Origin: a bacterium DOLZORAL124_64_63
GTDB lineage: Bacteria; Krumholzibacteriota; Krumholzibacteriia; LZORAL124-64-63
Assembly (NCBI GenBank): GCA_002747875.1
Contig: PDQT01000082.1
Coordinates: 1 to 38,974 of the forward strand
Length of the DNA stretch: 38,974 nucleotides
Reading direction: 5' to 3'
A program made the position numbers and the translations under genes. How positions within the stretch are numbered: position 1 is the first letter of the stretch; each line of letters starts with the position of its first letter. The notes under the pieces are model-generated. The model saw only the letters and a program-made list of their open reading frames with translations, searched no databases and was not told the DNA's origin. Positions 36,622 to 38,974 of the stretch are shown here, in pieces.

Positions 36622-36656
36622 GAAAACCGGGCCCTCCCAGAAGAGGAAAGACCCGG
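36622..36656 (-). terminator. Putative intrinsic terminator after the DUF4097 gene
   Basis: Minus strand CCGGGTCTTTCC-TCTTCT-GGGAGGGCCCGG-TTTTC. Confidence 0.6.
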
Positions 36657-36675
36657 AAAAATTGCCGCCGACAAA

Positions 36676-37746
36676 CTATTTCACGGTGATGGAGCCACTG
36701 CCCGCGTCCAGGTCCACCGAGGCTTCGCCGGAGCCCACCACCAGCTTCATCTCGTGGTCGCTTTTGTGCTCCACCACCGCATCCTGCCGCTCCAGGTTCA
36801 GGCTGCCGCTACCGTTTTCCGCCAGGATGCTGGCGCTGGCGTCCGCGGGCAACTCCAGGGTGATGGAACCGCTGCCCGTGTCCACCCGGAAATCGCCGCC
36901 GCCCATCCGGTCCAGCTGCAACTGAACCGATCCGCTGCCCGTGTCGATGTGGGCCTGGTCCGCGCGCACCCCGCGGGCCCGCACCGGACCGCTGCCCGTA
37001 TCGATGACCAGTTGCCGGCAATCGATATCGGCGGCCTCCACGGAGCCGCTGCCCGTGTCCACCAGCAAGGCGGGTCCCGCGCAGCCGGAAACGCCCACGC
37101 TCCCGCTGCCCGTATCCACCGTCAGGCGCCCTTCCATGCCGATCACCCGCACCGCGCCGCTGCCCGTGTCGCAGAGCAGGGCGCCCGCCATGTCACGGGC
37201 GGTGATGGGACCGAAGTGGCTGTCCAGGACCAGGTCCGCGTCCACGTCGCGGGCCTCGATGGTCCCCGCGCCCAGCTTCACCGTGACCGCGTGGTCGGCA
37301 GGCACTTCCACCCGCGCATCGACCCAGATTTCCGGGCCATCGCCCTCGCCGCGCACCGTGATTTTCCGGTCGCCGCCGAAGAGACGGCGCCACCAGGAAT
37401 CACTCCCCTTTTTCCCATAGTGGAAGGAAGCCACCGAGCCGGAGCCCATGGCGGGATAAACGTATTCGCGGTGATCCTGGATGGGGAATTGGATGGCCAG
37501 GACATCCCCGTCGCCATCGGTCCGCGTATCGAAGGTGATCAGATCCTGATCGGCGTCCTTGCCCCGCACCTGGAGGCTGACCTTGATCCTGTCCCCGCCG
37601 GCGGGGACCACCTCCACCTTCCCGATCATGTTCCGGATCTGCAAGGCGTCCGCGTCGAAATCGAAGGTCTGATGGAACTCTCCGGCCAGGGCGCAAGCGG
37701 CCGGCAGCAGGATGAGGATAAGCGTTGCCAGTAGGCGCATGGTCAT
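36676..37746 (-). CDS. Exported DUF4097-family beta-strand-repeat (putative adhesin) protein
   Basis: Signal peptide; about 8 repeats of (V/I)DTGSGxV at ~19-21 aa spacing. Confidence 0.85.
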   Translation of the reverse strand: MTMRLLATLILILLPAACALAGEFHQTFDFDADALQIRNMIGKVEVVPAGGDRIKVSLQVRGKDADQDLITFDTRTDGDGDVLAIQFPIQDHREYVYPAMGSGSVASFHYGKKGSDSWWRRLFGGDRKITVRGEGDGPEIWVDARVEVPADHAVTVKLGAGTIEARDVDADLVLDSHFGPITARDMAGALLCDTGSGAVRVIGMEGRLTVDTGSGSVGVSGCAGPALLVDTGSGSVEAADIDCRQLVIDTGSGPVRARGVRADQAHIDTGSGSVQLQLDRMGGGDFRVDTGSGSITLELPADASASILAENGSGSLNLERQDAVVEHKSDHEMKLVVGSGEASVDLDAGSGSITVK

Positions 37747-37791
37747 CTCCTTGGGAACAGGTCAGAGAGGCGGGGTCCGGTATTCGCAAAG

Positions 37792-37820
37792 AAGACGCGC
37801 GCCAAGAGCAGAAGGTTGCA
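37792..37820 (-). promoter_or_regulatory. Putative ECF sigma factor promoter
   Basis: Minus strand TGCAAC-N17-CGTCTT, about 45 bp upstream of the DUF4097 start. Confidence 0.45.
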
Positions 37821-37860
37821 AACGGATATTTCCCGGCCGGGCCAAGACACGCAAGCGCGC

Positions 37861-37895
37861 AAAAAAAACGCGCCCGCCGGAAACAGCGGGCGCGT
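37861..37895 (-). terminator. Intrinsic terminator of the 65-aa gene
   Basis: ACGCGCCCGC-N8-GCGGGCGCGT stem with a long T tract on the minus strand. Confidence 0.8.
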
Positions 37896-37921
37896 CACAC
37901 GAGATCGGGATCAACCGCAGG

Positions 37922-38119
37922 CTAACTCGCGGTTGTTTCCTCGGGGAAAGCCTCCTCGAACCTCTTGTTCAATTCCTCGATTTTCGCCTTGGCGCGCTGC
38001 CGGGCCGCGTCCGCCTCTTCGGGCGTGCGGGCCAGGTTGATGTTGGTCAGACCTTCCTCCAAGGCCTGCTGCATCCGCGTGAAGTGGACCTCACGAGCGC
38101 GATTGATATCAAAACCCAT
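37922..38119 (-). CDS. Small helical/coiled-coil hypothetical protein (65 aa)
   Basis: ATG with AAGGG purine-rich RBS; amphipathic charged sequence; own strong terminator. Confidence 0.75.
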   Translation of the reverse strand: MGFDINRAREVHFTRMQQALEEGLTNINLARTPEEADAARQRAKAKIEELNKRFEEAFPEETTAS

Positions 38120-38415
38120 CTCTACCCCTTGGCCGTCCGGGCGGGACCCGGTGTCATCGCCGGAAAAACTCTATGCTGATTTCCTGTGTTGCACGATCTG
38201 TTCCCCGGGGATTCGGCCCGGTAAGAATGCCCTTGAGGAAAAATGTGCCGGGCGGGGTCACGCGGGAGGCGGCTTCAGGCCGGGATTTGCGGGAATGCTC
38301 TTCCGAAGGAACGCCTCTGGCCCCAAGCGACGGAAAAATTGTTCCACTGGACGGTGTGGCGCGGCCCTGGCATTCGGGGCGGATCGGCGACCAGAAGTTG
38401 GGCGACCAGGGTGGT

Positions 38416-38974
38416 TCATTTACCGCCACGGGGCTCCACCTGGGCCAGGATGGTGCCCCCCAGCATCAGGGCGCAGCCCAGCAGTCCCGTGTCGGTGAGG
38501 GTTTCCCCCAGCAACACCCAACCGCCGACGGCCGCGAACACCCCCTCCAGGCTCAGCACCAAGGCGGCATAGGCCGGATGGGCCCGGCGCTGCCCCACGA
38601 TTTGCAGCGTGAAGGCCACCCCCGTGCTCATCACCCCGGCATAGAGGATGGGCCCGGCGGCGGCCCGGATGGCCGCCCAGCTCAGCGTTTCGAACAGCAG
38701 GGCGCCCGCCAGACTCAGCAGGCTGCAGAGGGCGAACTGGATCACCGCCAGAGCCAGGGGATTGGTGCGGTTGGCGTAGCGCCCCACGCCCAGCACGTGC
38801 AGGGCCCAGAAGACGGCCCCCGCCAGGACCAGGCCATCGCCAAGACCGATGCGAAGCAGGCCGGCACGGCCCAACCCCTCGCCACTCAGCCCCTCGCCGC
38901 TCAGCAGGTACAGCCCCACGGCGGCCAGCACCACGCCGCACCAGACCACCGGTCGCGTGCGCAGCCCCCGCACC
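38416..38974 (-). CDS. DMT/EamA-family transporter (3' part; 5' end beyond the window)
   Basis: GDGLVLAGAVFWALHV, LYAGVMSTGVAFTLQIVGQ, AALVLSLEGVFAA.GGW.LLGE. Confidence 0.9.
   Translation of the reverse strand, partial: VRGLRTRPVVWCGVVLAAVGLYLLSGEGLSGEGLGRAGLLRIGLGDGLVLAGAVFWALHVLGVGRYANRTNPLALAVIQFALCSLLSLAGALLFETLSWAAIRAAAGPILYAGVMSTGVAFTLQIVGQRRAHPAYAALVLSLEGVFAAVGGWVLLGETLTDTGLLGCALMLGGTILAQVEPRGGK
38875..38904. repeat. 15-bp tandem duplication with one mismatch (LSGEG x2)
   Basis: CCCCTCGCCACTCAG / CCCCTCGCCGCTCAG. Confidence 0.8.

Noticed and set aside
36700-37180. Recurring CCGCTGCCCGTGTC nucleotide repeats
   Set aside because: They simply encode the DTGSG repeats of the DUF4097 beta-solenoid.

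Overview
GC-rich chromosomal window from a diderm bacterium (it encodes an Omp85-type barrel and lipoprotein/Sec signals). It holds about 28 protein-coding genes. I found no rRNA, tRNA, CRISPR array, transposase or integrase. Ordinary content: CCA-type nucleotidyltransferase, proC, fused CcsBA cytochrome c synthetase, YjbQ, two EamA transporters, a YfcC transporter, a GntR regulator, an NtrY/NtrX-like two-component pair and three exported proteases (S9, S8, tricorn S41). Less ordinary: (1) a small secreted-protein gene overlapping a TPR + degenerate sigma54-activator AAA+ + HTH regulator, behind its own sigma70-like promoter and paired operators, a candidate peptide-signalling system; (2) a chemoreceptor-like protein with a degenerate signalling tip and a long disordered tail carrying the repeated motif NIFMLNKPKK; (3) a CBM48-Omp85 fusion operon with a readable sigma54 promoter, paired enhancer-like sites and an IHF-like tract; (4) an ElsL-like/Mpl-like peptidoglycan recycling pair followed by an HDAC fused to an unknown domain; (5) six unrelated tandem duplications that all have a 15-bp period. 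All family assignments come from motifs read by eye; no database search was run.
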